From Callorhinchus milii (Eukaryota), in the NCBI RefSeq assembly GCF_018977255.1, contig NW_024704743.1:67210001-67274000 (forward strand): a stretch of 64,000 nt of DNA. Direction: 5' to 3'. The notes beneath the pieces were generated by a model. That model saw nothing but the letters and a program-made list of their open reading frames with translations. It did no database searches and was not told where the DNA came from. Positions 1 through 12,789 of the stretch are shown here, piece by piece. The translations under genes were made by a program, and so were the position numbers. Every line of letters begins with the position of its first letter. Position 1 is the first letter of the stretch.

Positions 1-834
1 CCTGACAGAATGTCTGTCAGACATCAAGTCCTGGATGAGAGCGAACTTTCTACAATTGAGCGTCAACAAAACCGAGGCTCTCCTGATTGGCTCCAGTGAG
101 CGCTTCCATACCTCAGGCGCTGACAGCATCACCATCCATGGTTGCATACTCCACCTTGCTAAACCAGTCCGGAACCTTGGTGTCTTGTTGGACCCTCAAC
201 TATCCTTTCTACCCCACATCTGTGCCATGATCCGCTCTGCCTTCCCCCAACAATGCAACGTCGCCCGGCTCCACTACTGTCTCACGCCACAGGCCGCCGA
301 TACCCTCATACATGCATTCATTACATCCAGGTTTGACTATGCAAACTCCCTGCTTGTCGGCCTCCCCATCACCCCCATCCTTGCCCAACTCCACTGGCTT
401 CCCATCACACAGAGGATACAGTTCCAGATCCTGGTCCTCATCTTTAAAGCTCTCCATGTTCTTGCTCCCCCTACCTCTGCAACCTCCTAACCCCCTACCA
501 TCCTGTTTGCTCCCTCCGCTCAGAGGCCTCCGGCCTGCTTCACGTCCCCCGCCTTGCCCGCCCCACCATTGGCAGGCGGACCTTCAGCCACTCTGCCCCC
601 ACCCTCTGGAACTCCATTCCACAGTCCCTCTGCCTCGCCCCCTCCCTTGCATCCTTCAAGACCCATCTCAATACCCTCCTCTTCCACCGTACCTTCAATC
701 ACCCACCATCGCCCCTGCCTTCCACCCTCCCCGATCCCAATCCCTAGCTCGGGTCTGAAACACTGATTGTCCAGTGCTTTGAGACATCCTCCTGACGTGA
801 AAGGCACTATACAAATGTAATTTTGTTGTTGTTG
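1..834 (+). mobile_element. L2 LINE 3' fragment (degenerate ORF2 C-terminus, hairpin and (TTG)n tail)
   Basis: ORF 35-490 contains NFLQLSVNKTEALL, VRNLGVLLD and LHWLPITQRIQF. Ends gacgtgaaaggcactatacaaatgtaattttgttgttgttg. Confidence 0.92.
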
Positions 835-1438
835 TATGCAACCCAATAATGCCACATTGACATGTCATCAGTTTGTGCAGTAACACACTTTCCACACACT
901 ATCTGACATTGTTAACTAGCCCTAGTTTGTTATGCTCTTCCTCCTTGTCATTAAGACATTCAGCTCAAGGACACGTCTCGTCTCTCAATTGGCTTGGATT
1001 GCATGGACTAGAAATTTCCCCCCATCGAAGTGTCCATCTTATACCCCAAGGAATTTCAGTCGCTAGCATTAATAACTAATGTTCCAATTCTTTCCATCCC
1101 CAAAGTAGATCATCTTGTTGATTTAGGTCTAAAGATATATTTAAAAACCTTAATCTAGCTGTGCCTCATCATAATAATAGTTAAGTGGGCCAATCTTAGC
1201 TTGGACTGACCCAGCTGAGAATTAGACTGAAGGTTCAAATTGAGCAACCCATTTTGGTAACAGTGCAACCCACCTATTGGAAACAACAAAGTAAACAAAC
1301 AATTAATCCTTTTCATATTTCAATGAGTTTAAATCAGTTATTTTTCAATCTTATTGTTTCAGTGCTCATTTTCCATACATCTTCATCCTTTGTGGGCCAT
1401 TCCCCAAGAATGAACAAGTTTTCATTCTTTTTGTCCTG

Positions 1439-1856
1439 TGTTGAAGAATAATGAGCAAGCTGCTTTGTCTCAAAAGGGTCTACTTATCTAGAAGATATGG
1501 GTACAAGGATGTGCAAGGGTCGAGTACGTTGGGTACGTGCTAAGATGCTTGATTGGAGAGGGGAAGATCCCTAGGTGGAAAAAGTATAACTACCCTGACT
1601 TTAGGCAAGTAAGGCAGCAGATCCAGCCAGACAAAGAGGGTAGCCGAAACATCGGAGAGGTGTGCTGAAACCATCGCAACTGACTGCTCCAAAACTTGTA
1701 GTATAAGTTCTGTTATTTGTAGTGGCCGTATTATTTTACTAGTTTTATATGTGTTACTTTGATTAATAAATCTCTATTACACCTTAATTGGATTGTCGGG
1801 TCATTATTTGAACTTCGGGATCGGAGTCCCAACACTCCGGGTAACGGCACTTCACA
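1439..1856 (+). mobile_element. Probable solo LTR (~418 bp)
   Basis: Begins TGTTGAAG and ends CTTCACA (near-inverted TG...CA termini). Flanks tcctg/ttctg form a 5-bp near-TSD. Internal ATTGG, TATA-like gtataac and AATAAA (~1765) occur in U3-R-U5 order. Confidence 0.55.
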
Positions 1857-2074
1857 TTCTGTTGCAGTGATGTTTCCACGTAATCTTTGGCCACAATTGA
1901 CCAGAGGATCTAGGGATATAACATGGGGCAAGTAGGACAATGCTTGGGTTACTCCTCCCTCTTCCCGTGAGTGATATTGGGTTACTTTATGTGAGTAGTG
2001 TAAACCACGTGTAAAGTAACCTCCGTTATGTGACGTTTGTAACCCATGTACACATACGTACAGATAGTACTACA

Positions 2075-2400
2075 GGTAATAATAATACTTTAATTTGATA
2101 TGCAACCTTTCACATTTGGAGGGCATCTCATGGTGCTTCATAACATTTGCTGCAATGTGTAGTGATTGTGTATTTTGTAGACGAATGTAGCAGCCAATTT
2201 GTGTGCAATAATATCCTATAAATAGCCATGAAGTGAATGGCTAATTTTATCAGGTGGATTGTTGGGCAGGAAACTGTGAGAAAGCTTCCTTCACCTTTAC
2301 AAATAAGTGTCATGGGTTCTTTAAAGTCCACCTGAACAGGCTAACGGGAACTTGGTTTAATGTATTCTGAAGGTCAGCACCTGACAATGCTGCGCTCCCC
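2075..2400 (-). mobile_element. Old Deu-domain SINE fragment
   Basis: Reverse complement matches the cattaaacc...ctgttcaggtgga...aaagaacccatg...aaattggctgc core seen at 31610-31985, plus the TTA-type tail. Confidence 0.7.
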
Positions 2401-5400
2401 CAGACATTCTGTATTAGACTGCCCTCCTTGACTATATAATTTAAAACTATCATCTTCCTAGCAGATTTAATATTTGAGATGGACCTCAGAATTGCCCAGC
2501 CTATTTTAAAGGCATGCTATGTGGCAGATGCGATCACAATCCCCTGGGTCCCAGGCCAGGAGTAAGCACTGTACCCAGTTCTGGGCATTCATTGAGCAGT
2601 GCAGAGGAGAGCTTCTATGAGGAAAGACTGTAAAATAATAGTTTTAGTTTTAATAGTTCTTCAGCCTCAAAGATGTCTGAAGGGGTCTTTACAGATACCC
2701 TATATAAAAGTTGATTAACGGAATAGATGTTGATCTAGCACCTGAGCTGGTAATCCATTCTATTTGCCAGCATCCTTTCAGTAAAAAGAAATTGTACGTC
2801 ATTTCGATCTTTACTTTGAAGCTATGACACTTAGTTTTCAAATTTCTACCATAGGAAAGCTTAACTGTATCCAACTCTTTTAAACCCATCTGCAAAAATG
2901 TATTTGAATCCAAATTACTTTGGCATATTAAATACCTTTCAAGTCCTTTCTGGTCTCCTCAGTCTTCGCTGGTCAGGAAACAAGTTTAAGTAAGTAATCA
3001 ACCTTTCCTAAGATCTCTGGCCTCTAAATTCTGTTACTGATCAAAAGCTGTTATTGATCAAGTAGCCAGCGCTGCCTCACTCTCAACAACCAAATTACAT
3101 TTCTATATAAAAGTTGATTAACAGAATAGGTGTTGCCTTTCACATCAGGAGGAAGTCCCAAGGTGCTGAATAACTGAATGTCCTTCTTGAAATAGGAAAA
3201 TTTAATTTTTAAAACAAATGGATGCTGCAAAGGGAAGCAAGTGAGGAATGAGATCAAATAGGTGTATCACAGAAACAAAGCCACATTCTATGACAGAAGT
3301 TACCCAAATGCTAACACTCCTTCGAATACATGCTACGTTGAGATGTTTGAAACCTGCTCAACTCACTAATTTTAATACAACAACAACAACTTGTATTTAT
3401 ATGGCGTCTTTCATGTATTTATATGGCGTCCTGGAGCGCTTGAAATACATGGTAGTCTATCAAAATATTAAATAAGTATTTGTTCCTCCGGTTTCACCTA
3501 CACACAACTTGTTTTATAAATAAAAATTAATATTTCCTAATGTTTACAACAAAAGACTAAAGTTCTGTCCCACCCCATGGTTTTATCACACGTTAGATCG
3601 CTGCAGGATTGTTAACATAATTACGCAAGTAAAATGTTCCAAATAATAATAATAATGCTTGTATTTGATACAATACAATTTACATCAATATAATGCCTTT
3701 CACATCAGGAGCACATCTCAAAGTATTTTACATGGATGGCTGGGCACCCGAGCCACAAGCTGAAGTGTGGGAGTGGGGCAGGAAGATGACTGAAAGTGCG
3801 ATTAAAAAGTTTTGAGGCCAAAAAAATATATGCCCCTTGCAAGGCGTTTCTGATGAGGTATAAATCATGTCTCTACCTCAATCAGTTATTGTGTTCTTGG
3901 CAGGCAGACACACACACAGGCATTTTGTCTTTATTAGTATAGATGAGAAAACATATCAAAAGAGCTACAGTAAAATCTCACTAATCCAGTCACTCAAGGG
4001 ACTCAGCAAAAGTGTCCTACTTTGTGATGTGACCTGATTACTGAAACAAGTCGGATGATTCAGATCACTAATATGTTAAGGGCATTGATAATGGGAAAGG
4101 ATAATGACCATTCAACAACCATAACAAAGCAATCTCATTGAAATAAAAACATTGTCACATTTAAAACAAAAGCTGTTATGTATTCAGCCTACCTTTTGAG
4201 AATGCAACCAACTTGTGTTCTGCCAATGCCATAGATCACAGCTAACTGTCTATCACTTTTGCCCTCACTGTTTTTGATTAAGTCCACTCTCTCATGTAAA
4301 GACAACTCCTTCCACGGTGGCATGTTTAAAGCATATGTAAGGATTATTATTACTTACCAAGAATTAGCCGCAGGAGCTCAGGTTAGGCTGTGGGCACTGG
4401 GCGAAGCATGTTACTGTATTTTAGAAAAATTGTCTACCATCCTCCACCACTCAAGTGACTGAAAATATTTTGTAAACACACTAGCTGTACCCGTTGCAGC
4501 TTCGCTTGCAACCAAAGGATCCAACATGGAATGGAGATTGACACACAGACACACACACAGACAGACATTTCATCTTTACCTATACTCAGTGGGAGGATTC
4601 CTGTTGGGAGGCCTCAGTTAAAAAAAACTTTACAGGAAATCCACTGGTGCTTTGATATGTCTCCATGACATAAAAAGGTTCTGTACCAAATGCAAGGATT
4701 ATTATAATGCCTATTTAAATGTGCAACATTGTACTTTAACTACATTTTTAAAAAAAGAAATATAATTACGGTTATATCTCTGATTTTTCCTAACTCCTGT
4801 CTGGGTTTGAGTTTAGTTCCTGAAGGCAGCGTTGTGTGTGCTGCTTCGCAAGGTACGAACTGTTTTGGCTGCGCTCCAGTTTTCCAATAAAAACACATGA
4901 TCTGGTCAAATAGCAGCAAGCTTATACTGTGTTCGATATATTCCGAGCTGGTAGCTTGATCCCTCTAGGGAGTAATTTTATATTGCTCCAGCACACTCCT
5001 AGAGACCTAACCCCATTAATCCAGGGCCACTGCAGAGTCCTGGATTCTGTCAGTGTTTTCCAGGGTGTCTGAAACTGGGCTGCAGAAGGCTGGGAGTGTC
5101 CATCAAGAGTGTGCTCTGGCCCCAGACATTTATAATGATGCCACTGACAGTACAGCAGAAGCCTTCATCTGAAACAAATTTCTAAATTATTGCTAGCGAT
5201 ATTTTTAATGATACATTATTGATTGGCAGAAGTGTATGATGTCAATATCTGGCATTGCCAATGCCAACAGTGGCAGCTAAAAGTTATTACTTTATAGTTT
5301 TGTTTATTCCCTCAAATTTTCTTCTTGCCTTCTCTCCTGAAGGCTGGGATACAGCTCCATGCTCTAGAACTGCATCTCGCCCAAATGTGAGCCTAGGTGA

Positions 5401-5959
5401 GTGAGTGTCAGCAAGTAACCATGGGACCACCAAAGCGAAGCTCAATCATGTTAGCACCTGATGTTACTGGACAGTGGTAAGGAGAGGGAACCCTGGATGA
5501 TTTGTTCCCCTTACCTAGCCTTGCAGTACTGGTTGCCCATTCTGCTACCCCAGGCAAGGTCAGCTAACTCACTGTAGGCTGAGATGGAACCTGGGAGTTT
5601 TCTGGAACGATGGAGATCAGGGTTCACTGTAGGAACTGGCATTGGGGGAATTCACCCATTTTGCCCACAAAATACAGAGTCAATACAATTTACAATATAT
5701 TCTTTGAAGCGCTCTAAGAAGTCTCAACGACGTGATAAGGCGCTATATCGAATGCAACGATTATTATTTCGTAACTTGTTCCATTACATTTTAATCAGAA
5801 AACATATAGGGGAATAGAAAATTAAGAACAGGGGAAGGGCATTGAGCCCGCTCTGTAACAGACCATTCAATGGCCCAAACAGGCTATGGAATGGCCCTGG
5901 CTCTAGCAAAGAGCAATGAAGATCATCCCCAATTTAGAGAAATAATTAGCCATTTTAGA

Positions 5960-7290
5960 GCTCCTCAGTCTTGCAAGGAGATGTCTCAGAGGGGACCTTA
6001 TAAGATGATATATATAAGGTTTTACATCAGATTGAGAAAGTAACCCGAAAATAAAATTTTCAGATATGCCAGGGCAACAAAAACAAGAGGGCACAGATTA
6101 AGGACAGGAAAGGGCAGTTTTTCTTTACCCAGAGGGTAATCACCCATGGCCTTGACATTTCCGACCTCATCATAATGGACAAGGTCATCTCGGACCACTT
6201 TTTCATCTCCTTCCCCTCTCACATCCCTCTCTCTCCACCCAAGCCCTCAACCATCCTCTACCGCCCTTGGAAAAGGCTATCCCCTGAAACCCTCACAAAG
6301 GCCCTCTCATCATCAAACATCCTATCCCTCTGGCCTTCCACCCGCGGAGATCCTGAAGCAGCCGTCCAGCTGCTCCATGATCGCCTCTCCTCCACCTTCA
6401 ACTCCCTCGCCCCCTGAAATCCAGGACCATCTCCAAACCCACCCGACCACCATCTCCGGCGCTAAAAAACCCAAACCCGTCTACTCGAGCGCAGATGGCT
6501 GAAAACTGGCCTGACAGTCCACCGCCAACTGTGGCTTGAGTATCTCCACAGCTACCGTCGTTCTTTGACACGCGCAAAAACGGCCTTCTTCTCCAACATC
6601 ATCTTGGAGGCTAAACACAACCCTAAAGTCCTTTTTTTCACCACCCACTACCTCCTCCGTGCCCCCCTCAGGCCTCCTCAATCTTCGCATCAAATGCCAA
6701 GTGCGAGGAAGTCATGGACTTCTTTTCATCTAAAATACTTAACATCCGCCAGGCAGCCTCATCCACCTGCCCCTTGTCACCCAACACCACACCCTCTCTG
6801 TCCCCCTCACCTTCCTAGTCATCTGCTCCTACCACCACTCCCATTCTACATTCCTTCCTCCCCATCTCTCCCTTCTCCCTCTCACCCACCATCACCTCCA
6901 TGAAACCCACCACCTGCTGCCTCGATCCCCTCCCCACCAACTTGCTGGTCACCCAGCTCCCCCTCCTCTGCCCACTACTGGCTGACGTCATCAACCAGTC
7001 CCTCTCCTCCGGATCAGTCCCTGCCCCCCTCAAAACTGCTCTCATCACCCCCCTCCTGAAAAACCCCTCCCTAGATCCTTCAAACCCCAGCCATCACCGC
7101 CCCATTTCACCTTCCTCCCCTCCCTCTGGCTCGGTCCCGGGATCCGCTACTGTGAAACTTCTGAGACGCTGTCCGGCGTGGAGGGCGTTATATAAATCCA
7201 AGTTGTTGTAATTAACAGCTGGAATGGGTTATCAGGAAGCGTTGTTGAGGCCAGGAGCCTCATCAAAACATGGAAACCAATCTTTACCTT
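5960..7290 (+). mobile_element. CR1 3' fragment (5960-6140 and 7208-7290) split by an L2 insertion
   Basis: ctcagaggggaccttata...acaagagggcacagattaagg...ttctttacccagagggtaat resumes after the insertion as taacagctggaatgggttatcagg (CR1 LRGDLI...TRGH...FFTQRVINxWN). Confidence 0.8.
6141..7207 (+). mobile_element. Internally deleted L2 (end of endonuclease + linker fused directly to a 3' tail, RT missing)
   Basis: Peptides DKVISDHFFISF, KPTTCCLDPLPT and HHRPIS, then an immediate jump to gagacgctgtccggcgtggagggcgttatataaatccaagttgttg. TSD GTAAT at 6136-6140 and 7208-7212. Confidence 0.85.
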
Positions 7291-9127
7291 GGAAGATGAT
7301 TCTCTGAGCGTTCTGAGACGCTGCCCAGGGTGGTGGGTGCTATATAAGTGCAAGTTGTTGTTGTTGTCTAGGAAAAGGTTCAGGGGTCACCCTTGAGCAC
7401 GCAAAAGCTCTTCCCTTAACCTCTCTGCTGATGTACTCAATGTAAAGTCAGGCTGGTGCTCAGCAAGGACAAACACAATCAATCAATCCATAAGTGAAAC
7501 ACAATCATTCTCCATTCATTTAGAAGTCCATATCATCTTGACAAAAAACACATTTCTTCCAAGAAGAACTTATTATTTTATGAAAGATTCTGACAATATA
7601 AAAAAATTAGATTGTGGAGGATCATGCGGTGATCCAAGGCTGAGTTTCTACAAATTCTATGGAATAATTTTTCAATATTTACAAATAAAGAAAGACAAAA
7701 ATAATGTTTTCTCACAAGTGCCCGCATATAATACTAATAATCCTTGCATTTGATTTAGCGCCTTACCACGTCTTCGAGACGTCTCAAAGCGCTTCACAGA
7801 ATATATACACATGCACATAAGAAAACAATGAGAAAATATCTCCAGAGTCAAGCCTTAATCTGTTGGGAAGCTTCCATCTAATTGTCATTTATCTTTCAAG
7901 ATCAAACCTTCACCTCTTCCATAGAGCCTTCTCAATAAAAAATCGTGGTCTTGTGACTATCAAACATTGTTCATACAATCTACTTTTGAAGCCCAAGCTG
8001 TCTCACAGTCACACACAAAAGTTTGCCTTCTGAGGAACGCGTGGAAAAAGTTTCAATATGAAAACAAAAAGTACAGTATATCTGAAGCTGAAGAAAAAAA
8101 TGTTACATCAAAAATACAATTCTAAATGTACCGTATTAATGTTAATTATCCATTTAAATGATACAAAAGTAAAAGGACAGAAAAAACCTGTGTGAAATTA
8201 TTAATCAATTGAGAATTGCAGATTTGCTATCTTCCAACTCAATTGGAAATTTAATGAACATTACCACACTCAGCCACAGTAGCCTTCCTCATAGAAGATG
8301 GCAGTCAGATGCTGCACCTCACAACCAAACAAGAAGACTTTCAATACATCCCTTGGTCATTCGCCTGAAAGCAGCACTCCTTCATGTTCTTCTCTAACTA
8401 TCAAACAGAGCAGTCTGTGAAAAACTGCTAGTGTATGGCAAAATATGCATGAGGGACAAGCATAAAATATGGACTGGAGTCTTATTGCAATCTACAAGAT
8501 CTCTGGAGCAGAAAATGCACACAACCAGCCTGCAAATCTCTTTTTGGGTATAGATCACTGAAAAACATTTCAATTTTGTGGTAATAAGCTGCAGTCTTTA
8601 TGACTTTACAGTTAATTAATAAATTGCTGCACATTAACCGTACATGTACAGGGATCATTTTACTCATTCCTGGGCCTATTGAACTGAATCAACGAATCAG
8701 CAATAGGTTGACAACAACAACAACAAGATTTCATTTATAGATGGCCTTTCACGTCGGGGGGACGTGCCAAGGTGCTGGACAGTTGGGTCGAAACCCGAGC
8801 AGTGGGGAAATGGTCAGGGTGAGGGGAGGGAAGTTGATTGACAAATGATGTCCAGAGTTTGGATCTGAGCTTGTATCAGTCAAAATGGCGGGTGAGATGG
8901 TACAACTGACCTCTGGGTAGGAAGGGGAAAGGGTGGGTTCATCCCTAAACAGCTGAACAGCATTCCAACTCCCGAATGCTGTTCAGTGACCCCCCCACTC
9001 ATGTTGAAAAGTATGTGTATTGAGACATTGAGTGAGGGCATGGTGATGGGGCTCCCCATGTGTCCGATACCCACCCGACCAAACAAAATGAATAGTGTGC
9101 TGCTTGATTAGGTCACATATACTAGGC

Positions 9128-11930
9128 CATAAGACCACAAGACGTAGGAGCAGGAGTAGGCCATTCTGCCCCTCGAGCCTGCCCTGCCATTTAATAAGAT
9201 CATGGCTGATCTTCTAACCTAATTCCATTTACCCGCCCTATCCCCATATCCCTTAATCCCTCTATCGTTTAGAAATCCATCAACCTCAGTCTTGAATTAG
9301 TTCAAGTACTGAGCATCCACAGCTGTCTGCGGTAGAGAATTACACAAATTCACTACCCTCTGAGTGAAGAAATGTTTCCTCAACTCAGTTCGAAAAGGCT
9401 GACCATTAATCTTGAGACTATGACCCCTAGTTTAAGATTCTCCAACCAGGGGAAACAGTCTCACGGCATCTACCCTGTCAAGACCCTTAAGAATCTTATA
9501 AGTTTCTATAAGATCACCTCTAATTCCTCTATATTCTAGAGAATATAGGCCTAGTTTACTCAACCTCTCCTCATAGGTCAACGCTCTCATCCCAGGAACC
9601 AACCTAATGAATCTGCGCTGCACCCTGTCTAAGGCGAGTATGTCCTTTCTTAAATAAGAAGACCAAAACTGCACACAATATTCTAGGTGCGGTCTCACCA
9701 AGGCCTTACACAACTGCAGCAAGACATACCTATTCTTGTACTCTAACCCTCTTGCAACGAACTCTAACATGGCATTAGCCTTCCTAGTTGCTTGCTGTAC
9801 CTGCATACTAACTTTTTGTGTCTGGTGAACAAGGTCACCCAAATCCCTCTGAACACTAACACTACCTAGTCTCCCCCCCTCTAGAAAATAATCCACTTTT
9901 TTATTTTTACTACATAGGTGAATAACTTCACACTTCCCTATGTTATTCTCCATCTGCCACCTTCTTGCCAACTCACCTAGCCGGTCTATTTCCCTTTGCA
10001 TTCTTTGTGTGTCATCCTCACAGCTTACTCTTCCACCTATCTTCGTATCATCCGCGAATTTAGATATGTTAAGTTTTATTTCCTCATCTAAATCATTGAT
10101 ATAGACTGTAAATAATTGAGGCCCAAGCACTGTTCCTTGTGGCACTCCACTAGTCACATCCTGCCAATCTGAGAAGGACCCGTTTATCCCTACTCTCTCT
10201 TTTCATCCTGTTAGCCACTCTCCAATCCATGTTAATATATTACCTTTAATTACATGGGCTCTAATCTTATGTAACAGCCTTTTATGTGGCACCTTGTCGG
10301 ATGCCTTCTGGAAATCCAAATACACCACATCTACTGGTTCCCCCCTATCTAACCTGCTAGTTACAGCTTCAAAAAATTCTCTAAGATTTGTTAAACATGA
10401 TTTCCCTTTCATAAAGCCATGTTGAACTCTGCTTAATCATGTTATGATTTTCTAAGTATCCCACAACGACGTCCCTAATTAAGGACTCTAGAATTTTCCC
10501 TACCACCGATGTCAGACTAACTGGTCTATAGTTCCCCATTTTTTTCTCCCACCCTTCTTAAATAGCAGCGTTACGTTTGAGACCTTCCAATCAATGGGAA
10601 CCATTCCAGAAAGCAGGGAATTTTGAAAGATCAAAAACAAAGCATCCACTATCTCTGCAGCCACCTCCTTTAAAACCCTAGGATGCAGGCCATCAGGTCC
10701 AGGGGATTTATCGGTTTTTAATCCTATCAATTTCTCTAGTACTATTGCTTTACTGATGTTCATTTCTTTAAGTTCCTCATTACATTAGCCTCCAGGTTCC
10801 CCTCTATTTTCGATAAGTTTTCAGTGCCCTCTAACGTAAAGACAGAAGCAAAATATTTGTTTAATGACTCTGCCTTTCTTTTATTCTCCATTATAATTTC
10901 TCCTGTCTCTGCCTGCAATGGACCCACATTCACTTTTGATAGTCTCTTCCTCTTTATGTACTTTAAAAACTCTTACAATCTGTCTTTATGTTCCTATCTA
11001 GTTCCATTTTCTCCCTCTTAATCAGTTTTTGGGTTTTCCTTTGCTGTTCTCTAAAGCCCTCCCAATCCTCAGGTTTACTGCTCTTTTTGGCAGTATTACA
11101 GGCCTTTTCGTTTAATTTTACATTTTCCCTAACTTCTCTAGTTAACCAAGGTTGAACCACTTTTCCTGTGGTATTTTTATTTTTCAAGGGAATATGTGAT
11201 CGCTGTGAATTATGTATTATATCTTTAAACGTTTGCCATTGCTGGTCTCCCGTCATATTTTTAAATCTAATTTCTCAGTCCATTTTATCCAAATTTTCTC
11301 TCATACCTGCAAAGTTGGCTTTATTTAGATTTAAGACCCCTGCTTCGTATTCAACTATCTGACTCTCTAACTCAACGTTAAATTCCATCATGTTATGGTC
11401 ACTCTGCCCTTGAGGAGCCTTAACTTTCAGATTGCTGATTAGCCCTATTTCATTACACAAAACAAGATCCAGGATAACCTGCTCCCTGGTTGGTTCCTCA
11501 GCAAACTGTTCTAGAAAATTATTTCTAAAGCATTCTATAAACTCATCCTCTAATTTACTTTTGCCAATTTGGTTTTCCCAGTCTATATGAAGATTAAAAT
11601 CATCCACTGTTAGTGTATTCCCCTTGCTACATACTCCTCTAATTTCCTGATTAATACCCTGCCCAATGCTGTAACTGCTGTTTGGGGGTCTATAAACTAC
11701 TTCCTCTAGTGTTTTCTGCCCCTTGTTGTTTCTTACCTCTATCTATACTGACTCTACATCCTGATTTTCTGATTTAAAATCCTTCCTCTCTACCGTTTTT
11801 ATCTCATCCTTTATTAGCAAGGCTACCCCCCACCTCCTTTTCCACATTGCCAATATATAAGTCCTAAACAACGAAAACCCCAGAATGTTTAGCTCCCACC
11901 TTGATCTCCCTGTAACAATGTTTCAGTAAT
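9128..11930 (-). mobile_element. CR1-clade LINE, ~2.8 kb, ORF2 broken by frameshifts and stops (partial APE endonuclease + RT)
   Basis: ORF fragments DFNLHIDWE, KSPGPDGLHPRVLKE, VDVVYLDFQKASDKVPH, SGVPQGTVLGPQLF and FADDTK. Shark-type 3' end ggcagaatggcctactcctgctcc...tcttgtggtcttatgg. Confidence 0.95.
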
Positions 11931-12085
11931 AGTAACTACGTTTCAGTAATGTTTTCCTGAAACGCAATGCATTTCTCTGGTTCAAATAAGCTTCTCTCTT
12001 TTACTTTTTGACATGTAAAACTGTGTCTTTTCTGTTTTCCTGTATTTTTCAACACTATTACTAGGATACTTCCAAAGCACTGCAT

Positions 12086-12727
12086 ACAACAACAATAACA
12101 AAATTACATTTGTATAGCGCCTTTCACGTTGGGAGGACGTCCCAAGGCGCTGGACAATCAGTTTCGGACCCGAGCTGGGGGTTGGGATTGTGAAGGGTGG
12201 AAGGCAGGGGAGGAAGCAGAGTGATCGAAAGCACGGTCGAAGAGTAGGATCTTGAGGTGGGTCTTGAACGTCCTCCCGGCATGAAAGACACTATACAAAT
12301 GTAATTTTGTTGTTGTTGTTGAAGGAGGCAAAGGCGCGGCGGAGGGACTGTGGAATGGAGTTCCAGAGGGTGGAGGCAGAATGGCTGAAGGCCCGCCTGC
12401 CAATGGTGGGCGAGCAAGGCGGGGGACGTGAAACAGGCTGGAGACCTCTGAGCGGAGGGAGCGAACAGGATGATAGGGGGTTAGGAGGTCGCAGAGGCAG
12501 GGGGAGCAAGACCATGGAGAGCTTTGAAGGTGAGGATTAGGATCTTGAACTGTATCCTCTGTGCGATGGGAAGCCAGTGGAGTCGGGCGAGGATGGGGGT
12601 GATAGGTTCACAGAGCCTGATGCGGGAGAGGACATGGGCTGCAGAGTTATGGATGATCTGCAGCCTGTGGAGGGTGGAGTTGGGGAGGCCGACAAGCAGG
12701 GAGTTTGCATAATCAAGCCTCGATGTA
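12086..12727 (-). mobile_element. L2 3' fragment, containing a nested ~50-bp oppositely oriented L2 terminus (12268-12317)
   Basis: Reverse-strand L2 C-terminal motifs and a (CAA)n tail. The inner piece cgtcctcccggcatgaaagacactatacaaatgtaattttgttg is flanked by duplicated TTGAA. Confidence 0.88.
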
Positions 12728-12789
12728 ATCTAGGCTTGACTATGCGAGCAGCGGGAACAAAATAAAGAACACAAATGAAGCTAAACCAC

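Noticed and set aside
3968..4320. Possible Tigger/pogo DNA transposon remnant starting TA-CAGTAAAATCTC
   Set aside because: I could not find a matching opposite TIR or a readable transposase peptide.
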